A stretch of DNA of 57,574 nucleotides, the filler included, from Sphacelaria rigidula (Eukaryota): NCBI GenBank assembly GCA_964200075.2. It is 5 parts of 5 records of this genome, joined end to end, with 100 filler letters (N's around TTAATTAATTAA, not from the genome) between each part and the next. Parts side by side here need not be neighbours in the genome. Positions count along the whole stretch, not along the records: positions 46,143 to 57,574 come from CAXNAA020004929.1; 4 more parts are not named here. The stretch is one strand, 5' to 3'. The notes under the pieces were generated by a model. That model was not told where the DNA came from. It saw nothing but the letters and a program-made list of their open reading frames with translations, and did not search any database. Every line of letters starts with the position of its first letter. Within the stretch, counting starts at the first letter, position 1. Shown piece after piece: positions 46,143-57,574 of the stretch. The position numbers and the translations under genes are program-made.

Positions 46143-49100
46143 CTTGACTCGCACCCCTACCTGATGCGCACCGTCTCTTTCCCCCCGCTGTCGCTGGCAC
46201 CTTTTCCACGAACCAGACGAACCTCCCCGACGGAGACACGATCGAGCTCGACAAGGCCTTGGAGGATGTCGTGTCTAATGTCGCCGGAGTCGAGAGTGCC
46301 CAGCCGCTCGGCATGATGAGTCCAAGTCTTTTCGATCGTGAATATCCGCGTAGTGTTGAATGTGTCGGTATCGTCCTCGCGTGGTGCCAAGTAAATGGAT
46401 ACGTTTGGAAGCATCATCCCCACACGGGACAAAAAAACGTCCTGTTTGCGCCAGTTTCTAATTTGAAGTTGTTGAAATTCGCCCAACTGTACTGAAGCGC
46501 CCGATGTATCGACTGTAACCTGCCCCATTAAGTCTTGCGATCCCCCGTACCCTTCGCCGCTGCCCCCGATCAATCATTTACGCAGGATCATGCAGACGAC
46601 GTGCAAGACGCATCCCTTTCAAGTGTCGACGCTCGGCGTGACACCAAATTGCGCAGAGTCAGCGATTTGTGTAGGCCACGTACTGTCCCTCAAGGAGGAG
46701 AGCACGGATGGGGTAGAGGTGGAACAGGAGCGGCGGTCTTGGAGTCTACCGAGACCCAGCGTCCGGTGTTCGTTGTACCGTTGATTGCTGTTCGGCACAG
46801 CATGACGTCTTGTTTTTGGTTAGCCAGTTCTAAGTGCTCCCGGTGTTTTGCAGCCAATTTGCTGATGCGGTAGTATTTGTTTTCCCGTGTTGATGGCTCA
46901 TGAGCTATTCTTGATGGGTCCGGTCCGTCGGCACATTTTTCGAGTGCATTTTCGGAAATCCGATGCGGTTGGCGAGAGTCCCTGGCAAAATCGGTTTGCT
47001 GCAGCTCATAGACGGGAGGCGCTCCATTGGCTTCGTGCAAGAGAACTTGTTATGGTCCTCTGCCATCGAGGGTGAGATCATGGAACAGAATCCAGAGTCT
47101 CACCACGTTTTGCGACTTTTCTCGGCACGAAAAGGCGGGATATCACCAGTCATATCACACGCAATGACTTGCGCTTTCAAAAACAACGACGGAAACTGCG
47201 GCGAAATGTTTGAACAGAAAAGTGATTTCAAGATATCCACGAGTGAATTCGGGCACAACCTGGCTTAATCGTATCTTTTACTCGAACCGCACGACTCACA
47301 CTACTTTGGAGACATCTTGAACGGTGCATTTTTCCACAAATGCGACCTGCGGGCCAGCGCGCAACATCTTAAAACATTAATCTGCCATTCCATTCAGGCA
47401 ACGAGTGGGAGGAATGTTCCAACATGCTACACATGTAAACGTTTCATCCCACTATCGGAACCGGCGAAGCGAGACATGTTATGAATAAAACCTCACTCTC
47501 AATCGTACTTTCAACGCTCGATTTCACGGAAACATTGTCAGTTTTGCCGGCAGGATTTTGCACCAATGTGCGAGGTAAGCGTTTTGTCCATTAATGATGC
47601 AGACACACCCGGCCGCTGAAAGCCATGAAAAGCCTGCTCTCAATCGTATCGTAGATGCTCAATTTCACGAAAACATTTTTTAAAGCAGAATTCGTGTGAA
47701 GAGAAATCATGAAGCAGGAGAGTTGTCCGTGCCAAATATGACGGTTGTTGGAGAAGCGCTTGTTTGCACATTGACCACCACTCAGTCCAGACGTGAATGC
47801 AGGAATACAATTTTGTGTGCCCAACGGATACGGCGATTGTAAGCAGCAGTTCAGACAGTGCAACACAGAACGGCGTCGTGAATTCTAGACCGCGGTGCGG
47901 GTAGTCCCTCAGCGCCATGCATATCTTTTTCCAAGTAAATATTGATGCCGATTCAGCACGTAACCTACCCTCGTGGTCAACAAGGTCAATATTCACAACG
48001 AAATGGCGTCGTAGAGCTATGTCATCCAAGAATGCAGCAAAGCACAACGGTGCAGAGAATCATTTCATCTTGGCGTCAAGTTGTCTGTCTCACCTCACAG
48101 CATCTTTCACGATCGACTTTTACATTTCGATCCTGTGCACTCATCCGTGAGGGCAAGTTTTAATTTCAAGGCGTAAGGGAGATCACACCGCTTCAACGTT
48201 TTCATTGCTCTGTGCGAAAGATTGGACCTGCCACCGCGTGTAAAGCAGGATAGCATAACATGGTATTTTACGTGGTCGCAGGTGATGCCACCCCTGGCTT
48301 CATGTAACATCATGTTTCCCTGTGTACGCCTTCTTGCACTTCACTCACTATCTGTTTGGCGGTTTGCCTCTCGGTTACAACGTGTCAAGGCTAAAGCAAG
48401 GTTGGATAGCAGCAGATCGATGATAGTACTTGGGGCGGGGGATTGCACTTTAAGTACCCGCTATCCTGTTGAATGCATACTCATATGGCATCGCTGTCAT
48501 GCAGCATGCACCCCAAGCATCACTACATTGGCTCTTACCCAGATGCAGCATGAAGCAATCGTTATCCAAACGGTATCCAGTAAACCATGAAATGAATGCA
48601 AGCGGGTAGCACGATGTCTTCAGGCCGAGCCATCATTATCTTTCCTTTCCTTGGTTGTAGCTTGTCATGGCAGGGCAAAGTTGACTGATGACATCGCCAA
48701 GTTCTTCAAACAAATGGACCCGAGTGATGGACGCAGTGCGGTTAGTTGAACTTTCAAATCCTCCGCGGTTATACTCTCAAATGTATAGACTATACGGTAT
48801 GCAGTATGAACCCAACCTGAACAGCTGTAACCGCTGTTACGGGCGCACCCCAAACATCAAACTCAGTCGTTTGGCAATAACCGCTGCGTTAACGCTGTGG
48901 ACACGCATCTTCAGGTGACGTACGATAAACACAGCCGACAACGTGTTCAAGCGCACACGGGATTGACCAAGGACCAGTTCGTTCATTCGTCATTCTCAGG
49001 CAGCAAAATTCGTCATCACATGCGGGGTTCTCGTTTGAGGCGAACAACGAATCTTTATATATGGGGGCCGAAACATCACACTGGTGTATGCGTTGTTGAA

Positions 49101-49482
49101 GGAGCGCATTTCGGAAAATCGCAAGAGGAGTGATCAATATTTCACAGATGACAACAGTAGACACAATAGTCCCGGTTGTAGAAGCGCCATGATACAGACA
49201 ATCGGTATAGTACATATCTGGCTTGTCGGTGCACTAGTTCGTTTTTACTATCGTCTCAATTGTTATGGTTACCATGATCGCTGCTCAAGCACTGTGATGA
49301 CGGATCTTCACAAGACGGGGCATAAAGTGAAATTTCTTACTTCAACCAAGCATGCGGCATATTCACCCATGTGCAATACAGTATGCAATGATTTGTACGT
49401 ACTCGCTCACGTTTTATCGCAGGGCAAAACAGTTTTCCAGCCCAAGGGATTATCAGTTTATCGAGGAACAGCTCATCCTGAA

Positions 49483-49816
49483 TGTCAGGGTATCTTGTTC
49501 ACAGCTTCAGGCGATGGTATTTCTCTCTTGCACTGGTAGTTTCGAATCTCATGTCTCAGGCCACTTCGTTCCCTTCCATAGGAGTAAAAACCAGGGGGTC
49601 GACTTTCACCGATTCTGAAAGAACCGAGTTTAAGTCGGATGTAAAGAGGCATGTTTATGTAACCGTCTTCGTACAGGCTCAAACATCCTCCCCCCTGACT
49701 GCGGCACATTGCCAGTTCCCGCAGTCAGCCCTCCGGGACGTTTCCATCAGATTAGATGGGCCCATCATTGTACTGCCCTTCCTCCATGTATGCCGCGACC
49801 CATAACACCCCCCCTC
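49483..49816 (-). mobile_element. LTR (325 bp, TG...CA) with upstream polypurine tract GAGGGGGGG
   Basis: Minus strand GAGGGGGGG|TGTTATGGG ... CCCTGACA. Homologous along its length to 50557-50868 (CGGATGTAAAGAGGCATGTTTATGTA; GCCAGTTCCCGCA.TCAGCCCTCCGGG). Confidence 0.75.
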
Positions 49817-49900
49817 AGGCGTAGGGTTGACAAACCCTGGGACTGAACGTGGTTCGACAATGGATCGCCGCGTTACCACCTTCCTCGTCCTCGAGTATTC

Positions 49901-49962
49901 GGCGTTGGTTTCGTGTACTGAAGTTGCTAAGGTCACTGGTTCGATCCCGGTTGGAAGCACCA
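49901..49962 (+). pseudogene. 3' two-thirds of a tRNA ending in CCA (reads as a primer-binding site on the minus strand)
   Basis: GGCG-TTGGT-TTCGTG-TACTGAAGT-T-GCTAA-GGTC-ACTGG-TTCGATC-CCGGT-TGGAAGC-A-CCA gives an anticodon stem, variable loop, T-arm and acceptor 3' strand. The 5' acceptor strand and D-arm are absent. Confidence 0.7.
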
Positions 49963-50153
49963 TGATACAAACAGAATAGTGTTGGCCAGTGTTGTTGTTG
50001 ACACGCGTATCTCTAGTGTGCGAGCCGATATCCTAGAGCGAACAAGCATCTAGTTAAGTCAAATTATGCATAGACAAATGCGTGATGATTAATATATCTC
50101 ATGTTGAATACGCAAGAACACATTGAAAATACATCATCCTGATTGTGCACTAG

Positions 50154-50410
50154 AGTGATGCTGCGATAGGGTTAGCACTTTTACGGCCTGAGAGTAGAAT
50201 TTTTAGGAACCCTTTATCTCATCCAAAACACGGCTTTCGAAATAGGTGAGAGTACGCCAGGGTTTTTCTTCCAATTTGCTAGAGATATCCCGAATCAATT
50301 TGCAAACGGGGATATCCTGGCCCATATTCTTGTGTAGTTCCTAATTTTAGGAACCCCTGAATCAGGCCGGTTTTGGCCCCAAAAAGTGCAGGCCCTATCG
50401 CAGCATCACT
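50154..50410. mobile_element. MITE, 257 bp, 18-bp perfect TIRs, 6-bp TSD CACTAG
   Basis: CACTAG|AGTGATGCTGCGATAGGG ... CCCTATCGCAGCATCACT|CACTAG. Confidence 0.92.
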
Positions 50411-50556
50411 CACTAGTTCATTTCTAACTACTATGCCGACCTTCATGCATCTGCTCGTTATCTAAATCAACCTCGTTACAGTCTCACCGTTATGTATGAA
50501 ACAAGCGTAAGCTCACAGCACGTGGGTAAGTCCAACGCAGAACGATACACGACGAG

Positions 50557-50868
50557 TGTCACGATATCTTGATCACCTCTTCAGGTCGATTCAATTTCTT
50601 CTTCCACCTGGTGGGATTTACCTCAGCACTCAAACGAGAGTGAACCACAGGGCGCCAGCTGGATCGATTCTTGTAAAGAACCGGATCCAACCGGATGTAA
50701 AGAGGCATGTTTATGTATGCCGTCTTTTGACGGATTACACCGCCTTCACCCCTGATCACGGTACTAGCCAGTTCCCGCAATCAGCCCTCCGGGTGTAGTG
50801 TCGTTTTGAAACAGACGGCCCATCATCGTACTATCTCCATTCACCCCGCCACGCCACAATCCGTGACA
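50557..50868 (-). mobile_element. LTR (312 bp) with TGTCACG...CGTGACA termini
   Basis: 7-bp terminal inverted repeat. Diverged homolog of 49483-49807. No clear TSD or adjacent PBS. Confidence 0.7.
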
Positions 50869-51849
50869 ATACCTGGCTGCAATCGACCAGTTTCAAATCC
50901 GCTAGCGTAATTGATCAAGAGAACGTCTCTTCGAGGACGCGCTCTCGACGGGGGAAAGTGGCTTACCTGTCCTCCCGATAGGTATACAAGAAGGACGACA
51001 GAGATTTTGCAACCGCATGAAGCACTCGCGGGGAAACATACAGGTTTCCCTCTATGAAATTCCGCGTTTTGCAACCGGCAAACCGTTTGATGCCCGTTGC
51101 TTTCTAATAAGAACGTTCAACCGTCAATTTCTGATCCCGTCTGTTCTGATTGAGGTATCGCCATGCCAGGAAAGTTTGGTATTGCTGTTATACAGTATCT
51201 TCGCGCGTGTGGACGGACCCAAAGCGGCCACTTTCCCTCAGACCACTAGGGTCCTTTTGATCATGTTTATGTAGCTGAAAAACACGAACTGTTTTGTTTT
51301 CACAGTGGTTTCGAAATTTGGTACATGTTGCTACGCCGGGCGACCTCTATGCAGACGTCGGTTAGTCCAGTGGAGCGACGGAAACTAGCCATGATCGGGT
51401 TTGCCTGCCGTACTGCCGCCAGCGTTGCTTGAAAGCCACAAGACCTTTGCGGTTGGCGGTTGATGGCGTGGGTGTCAAATGCAACGACAAGTGGTTGATC
51501 ATAGAGCACCCTTGTTCTTCGTGGGTTCATATCTGGCCCCAGTTGGTAATACGTGACCTCGTCACATCGGAATCAGTTCTTCAAAGCTTCTCTACCGAGG
51601 TGTTCACGCACCCAGCGCGTGCTCCAGATTGCAGCATGGACGCACCCCTCTGCACCACGCTCGCAACGGTTAGATCACTACCATAGGTATGTTTTTTCAC
51701 TCCGCATGTCAAGAAGGCCTCCACAAGTGTTTGATGTCTCATACACCCCCCCCCCAACTGGCGTCTCGCACGCTGTTGTCGTTGGGCACCCAGAGGGTCG
51801 CTCACATACATGTCGGGTAAAATTAAGGATGAATAACACCCCCCCAAGT

Positions 51850-52248
51850 TCAAATTGAATGTATCTGTTGTTTTCGCCGCACCACCGCCCTTGCTGGCAT
51901 GTGTGTGACAGAGAACAGTAGTAGCGGTGACGGGAACCTTGCCCTATTTTTCAGCATGTTTTTCAGCGCACAGAGGCGCGTCCTGTCCAGAAAGAGAGGC
52001 AGAGAAAAATCCATCCTCGCATTGGCCACACGCAAGAAGAGACGGAATCTCTCCGCATCTCGATGTTCTGGCACATGGAAAATTGGGTACATGCTGGTAA
52101 CATCGATGATGCCAGTTTCTCGAGCGATTGGTAATCGCCGAGCGAGGACACACAAACGACACGGGCGAGGAGCTTCCTCTCTGTCGTTGCTTCTCTCTCT
52201 GGTGATATCGTTATCGACACGCGTGTACACCGCATTCGTTAGGTGCAC
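51850..52248 (-). CDS. Possible terminal exon of an unknown protein
   Basis: A 132-codon open frame begins directly after the candidate acceptor GGTTAG|GTG. No family recognised. Confidence 0.25.
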   Translation of the reverse strand: MHLTNAVYTRVDNDITRERSNDREEAPRPCRLCVLARRLPIARETGIIDVTSMYPIFHVPEHRDAERFRLFLRVANARMDFSLPLFLDRTRLCALKNMLKNRARFPSPLLLFSVTHMPARAVVRRKQQIHSI

Positions 52249-54293
52249 CTAACCACAGCTGCTTAACTGCTGCGGACATTTTGGGGGGAAGGTGGCTTCG
52301 CTCGGTCGTAATTGTTTCGCGTCATCCCTGCAAGCAAGAAATGTCATTTCAACCTCATTTTGATATGGACTCCATTTTTCAGGACCCGCTGTGTGGTGGG
52401 TCCTGGACTCTAGAAGTAGTTTGTTTTAGCGGTGTGCCATAGGTCGAGTTATTTCCCCGTGCTATTATTTTGCGTTGACTGTACACTTTTTTAGCGGACA
52501 GAAACTACTACCTTTGGCTACTGATAGCTCGCCGCAGCAGTGAGATACTCCTCATCAGAGAATATGTTTACTGTTATTTGTGTAGTTGCCCCGGAATATT
52601 TCAGTATTCACATCTTCAAATCTTCCATCTTACGGTCGCGGGTCTGAACGAACGGGCCGATCCGAATATTTTGAAAATGATCTTGCATGATCGCGTTTCG
52701 TTGCTATGCCAACACCGCCAACTGACCAGACAAAGGGGGGGAGACGACGCCTAGTGTGTTTAATAGTAATGGCGATGTCAGACGATGATACATCCATTTC
52801 AGTCGAGATCCAGGTGAGGATAACGAAGAGTACCGGGAGGGTCTATTTTGCAAGAATCTTCGGATCCTTGAAAATTTAGCTGCTGTGGTATCAAGGAGAC
52901 AAACGGAATGAAGGAATCGACACCATAGATAGATGTGCGCCATGCTACCTGGTGTCGTATCGGAACGCGAAACAATGGACTCGATGAAGTGATGAGCCCC
53001 GCGAAATTCCAACCCAAATCCCTACGGTACACACGGAGCATAAACATAGGGAGGACAGTAGTAGTAGCGTCTAACAAATCCGAATATCAGGTGAGCATAC
53101 GCGCGGGCAGAGGCCATCTCAACGCCTTCTCGTATTCACCGCGGTGCTTTCCTATTTTCGCTGCCTAGTATACAGCACACGACACTTCCATGCGATGTGC
53201 TACTGTGCTGGAATATTTTACAACATAGTATGGAGAATCGGAGGTACACGGCAGTGCGAACGCATCGTACGGATATACAGGGCTTGATTACGGGGGATAA
53301 CACCCCCATACCAGTGACTGATTAATTGTCGCCATCATATCAGAGTATCTCGACCGTAGGGCTGTGGATAGGTCGATTTTTATATGTCAATAAATCGAAA
53401 GCATTACCAATAACAATCTCACAAATACATCGCAGTATATTGTTGAACACCTAAGGCCGAGCGAAACCGCGTCCTCCAGCTGGTGAGGAGGTTGGCGCCA
53501 GAGGCGTCGTCAGGGAAACACGCGTAAGGGCTTCACTTCTCTCTGACATCGAGCTCATTATTGACCACCCGAAAGGCAGCACTTCACGTATGTAAAGTAA
53601 TTTTCGCAGAGAAAAAACGCCGAAAGCTCGCCATAGGAGACTCAAGTACTCGTGCGTTGCACTAAGTGCCGTTGGCTAACGTGTGCCGGCAAAGTTATGT
53701 ATATTTCCATACATTTAAAGGGAACGATTTATCACAACGAAACAAGATACTACGGCGGACGTGTCCACTTCCGCGTGCGGCTGCAGCAACCCGAGGATTG
53801 AGCATCAAAGTTGGGGGACTACCGGTAGCCGTAGAGTTAGCTGTCGAGTTTGAGGGAGTGCTCCCGATGACATCACCATCATCGGACTCGTTGTCGGTGC
53901 TGTCGGTGTTGGGAGACACCGCTTCAGTGCTTGGGAGGCGTATCATATATCGCGAATTATATTTGTGACGACTGAAATGTATTGGTACCAACACACAAAG
54001 CCTCACGCTATCGTCGCACATCATGGCAACATCATTCTCTCGACATCGCTGTGTTTTCCTTGCCAAATTTTGTGTCACTCGAAAGATCACCTTCAAGTTG
54101 TGCATTTATCTCGATGTGCGTTATTTATCAGTTTTCAAGAGTCTTGATCCTTCTCGAGAAACCACTAGGGTTGCTGATCTTATCGGCCGGACGAGTCTGG
54201 TAATCCGTGACCTCGTCAAAGGCAAATCGCGCTCGAGATCGGCAGAACGTGTCGTGCACAAAAAAACATGAACATCATCTCGCATTCTGCACA

Positions 54294-54541
54294 ATGCCTT
54301 CATTTTCTCATCAGGAGAGTATACAAGAAGAGGTGGAAGAATACTACTCCGACTATAGCTTGGAGTTTGACGAAGACGAAGCAAGCGGACGAGATCGTAC
54401 TCCCAACCGTTACGTCGATCAGTCCAGTCCAAGTAAGGATGCTGACGAAGATCCCCCTGGGTACGAAAAGTCACCAGCAGCAGTGGTCAGGGACGGCGGG
54501 CGCAGCATTACATCCTTAGGTGATCGTGATCCCGAGGAGAG
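54294..54541 (+). CDS. Probable first exon of an unknown protein with an acidic N-terminus
   Basis: ACAATG start. MPSFSHQESIQEEVEEYYSDYSLEFDEDEASGRDRTPNRY...DRDPEER has protein-like composition and ends at donor AG|GTACGA. Confidence 0.5.
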
Positions 54542-56259
54542 GTACGATCGACATGCGCACGACTGTTGTTTTGTGCTTATAGCGCAGTAAAACCTCCAAG
54601 TCGGGTATGGACGGGCGGCGAGAGCTACGGCCTTACGGACAGGGTAGAATGCGGTTAATCGGGCGTTAAGAGTCTTGAGTTTTCTTATATTTTATGTATA
54701 CGGCGTATGACTGACACCGCGCAGCCGGCCACACACACAGCTGGTCGGGACCATTGAGGAAACGAGAGATGCTGGGAGATGGTACGTGATGGTACGTGAA
54801 CCCAGAGAGTGACGAACATAAAACTACACCAATGCGCCCATTATGCCTTAGACGAGCTCCGGTAGGAGAAACCTGCTCAGGGCGGATTATAGATTTTGGG
54901 CGTCCTTATCCGAAGAATTCCCCAATCACTTTTCTTGTAGCCTCTGCACACTGTTACCTCGTCGTACTAACTTATCCCTGCGTCAGCAACGGCACAGCAC
55001 ACATCCGTGTATGTTGTTTTCCGGGGGGGGGGGGGTGACGGGGAGAAATGGACGCCGACAATCGAGGACTGCTACTTGGACGTTGACAGTGCGGGCAGAT
55101 CTTAGCGCCGGGTAACACGCAGTCACCTACATGTCAGCGAGCTTGTGCGACCTGGATCTATTTCGTGGGCAACGGCGGTGAATGGCGCGTGATCCAGTAG
55201 CATCGCGAAGATAATCATAATCGCTGCGGTCACGTCACAGTACTACAGTAGCAATATGCTTCAGAATTTGCTGTAGAATATGACCGTACAACTACTAGCC
55301 ACCGCAGTACGGCACAGGCGCATTGTCCTACTGCAAGAGAACTTTCACAAATATACAGAGCAGTGAGTACATTACGGTCTCGCGCAAGACGATCGCTAAA
55401 TCTATATTCTTACTGTACAGCTCTAAATCAGCAGTTTGACTGGTCAACATGGTTTATTTTGCTTAATTCGAACATGGATGATGACCGTATCGCCAAGAAG
55501 GGTGACTGCAACTCTACTTTGTTAACTATGCTGTGCTGTCCTGTACAATCAGGACAGTTGAATGATAGTCAGTGGTCTTCGAGCATCCCTGTATCGTGCA
55601 GAAGATTCATAACCGCGACATCAAAGACATGCTCTTTTAGCGTCAGCCAGGTGCCTGTTTGAAGGTTCTCCGAAACGAGGAACTGTTTTCGTCGAGAAAC
55701 GTTGTCAGGAGGATTTCACTGCTCGAACTCTCTCCAGAATATTCTCCCGGGTTACAAGAAACGGCCTCACGTTCCCATCAACCTCCATATCGACTCCAAT
55801 CATATGCCACATATTCTGATCCCAAAGTCCAAGCAATCATTCTTACACGACATTCATGACAAAAACTATAATGACGTTACTTCACTCCAAATCCCAGAGA
55901 GGAAATCTAGTTACGATATACGCGGACCATGTCGTAGTTATTTCATTCGAGAAGTCTCATCGAGTTACTACACACGAAATGAACACAGCAGTTGCTTGCC
56001 TCCTTAGTACTTGGATAGGCCAATAGTCAGCAGTAATATGAGAAAATTACTTTCGTGTCAACGTGATATTTGGGTACAAACACAACCTACCCTTCGAAAA
56101 ATAAGTGTATGTTCGATCGCTTCAGGCTAAATATTTGATCCGCAGATAGTCCTAAGGTCAAGGCCGTCTTGGTGAGGTCGTCACGCACTATGCGCCTAAA
56201 GGAGGTGTCACGGAAACGTCCACGCGCACACTTCTACGAGCATTTCCATCTTTTCCTAG

Positions 56260-56555
56260 GTATCCCCTCCGATATCATTGCTTATCCCGAAAGACGTTTG
56301 AAAGTTCTCCGCCGGTGGCTTCCAGTCAAACAGAACGATCTTGCTGCTCCACCAAACCCGTACGCAAACTCGGGCAGAAAGGGGCATGCTTGGCAATCAG
56401 ACGTCGTACCGCAAGACAAAAAGTGCACCTCGCATGGAGGCACTTGTGAGGTGGAAAACCTTTTTATGTTCACGCCCTGGGCCGTCATGGCCTCTTCCAA
56501 TATGCGCCACGAACGCAACATGGGGTACGTATCCAAAGCGTCGAAACGACGCAAG
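56260..56555 (+). CDS. Possible downstream exon of the same unknown gene
   Basis: Acceptor CTTTTCCTAG|GT, open frame, donor AAG|GTAAAG. No homology recognised. Confidence 0.3.
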
Positions 56556-57574
56556 GTAAAGCATCTATGACATCACTTTCAGGCTTATACGACAAAGTTC
56601 TAGTTTAGTCTACTTCACTTGATTGTCAACGCTATATAAGGCAAGCGAAGTTAGCAATCCGCCACGCTGAATAGCGCAAGCATCACAAAAAAAGGATAAT
56701 TTGAATGAACATAGCTCAAATCACGGAACAGCCGCTCTCCCCACAGAGGATATCATCCCCACAGAGAGATGCACGTTTGCACATAAGATGCTAAAATGCC
56801 GAAAAAAGTCAAGTTTGAAGACCCGGAATACCCACCACTGGAAGTACTCTCCGACGAAGTCGTGCTTTCAAACCAGCTGCGGTGAATAGGGCTAAGAAAA
56901 CTGAGATAGTAGCTACTCTCGCAGTTTTTCTCACCTCAGCCGTTGGAACGTGCAACCGAGTCGCGTCACCACCGCGCTTTATCACGTCTTGAGAGTGTAT
57001 GAGCAAGGTGTTGCCTGACGGCATAACGGACTGCTTACATGCTATTCTCTTCGCGTCTATTGCGACGGGTACAACAAGGAAGCGTCAGAGTGTAACAGTG
57101 TGTCAGAGGGCACAACGATATCCCTCCTGCCCACTTCATACGTAGAACGCTCCGCAGAACGTTCAAGAAAGGCTCGCCAAAAGTCAGCGCTTGCAGAAAA
57201 TGTCGACTGCGGTCTCACTCATCATGTCTCCAGTATGAAAATCCTCGAGTCACACTTCCCCCAGGGCTCGCTCTAGCTCGGCCTGTGCCGAGCTGTCAGC
57301 CCCCGCCCTCAAAAAGCAAACTCCACGACATTGTTCCCTCCCACATGCAAATGTGCTCTCTTTCGGAAGGGATACATGGTCAATGGTCAAACAGCTATAG
57401 CAAGCAACAAATGAGTAACCCCCCCCCACCCCCCACTTGAGTCTGGTCCGGCGAAACTCCGGCGTGCTCCGTCCCGGCTTTGTAGGGATGCGAGGTCAAT
57501 GGTCTTATGCATACAAGATCAGGAATACCCCTCCCCCCGCCCCCCCCCCCCACCGCCCCCCCCCACCCACGCAC

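Overview
Eukaryotic, intron-rich, roughly 50% GC DNA, most consistent with a brown alga (Phaeophyceae), judging from the EsV-1-7 repeat gene and the small exons in long, TE-filled introns. The window is not contiguous. It is five scaffolds of 11437, 11436, 11435, 11434 and 11432 nt, joined in decreasing size order by identical 100-nt spacers (N44-TTAATTAATTAA-N44). Scaffold 1 holds the first two exons of an ALG6-type glucosyltransferase (- strand), a tRNA-derived SINE, a hAT remnant and MITEs. Scaffold 2 holds nine phase-consistent exons of a DLEC1/CFAP81-like flagellar protein (- strand), including a GC-AG intron. Scaffold 3 holds the 5' exons of an RCC1-repeat protein (- strand) and two palindromic minisatellites. 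Scaffold 4 holds an intronless gene with 11 intact plus 1 stop-interrupted 38-aa EsV-1-7 (C-x4-C-x16-C-x2-H) repeats. Scaffold 5 holds LTR fragments around a CCA-ended tRNA fragment, a MITE and unassigned exon-like ORFs. The best lead is the EsV-1-7 array: near-identical repeats with a hypervariable residue pair at a fixed position, reminiscent of TALE RVDs or PRDM9 fingers. All family assignments come from motif recognition by eye; no searches were run.
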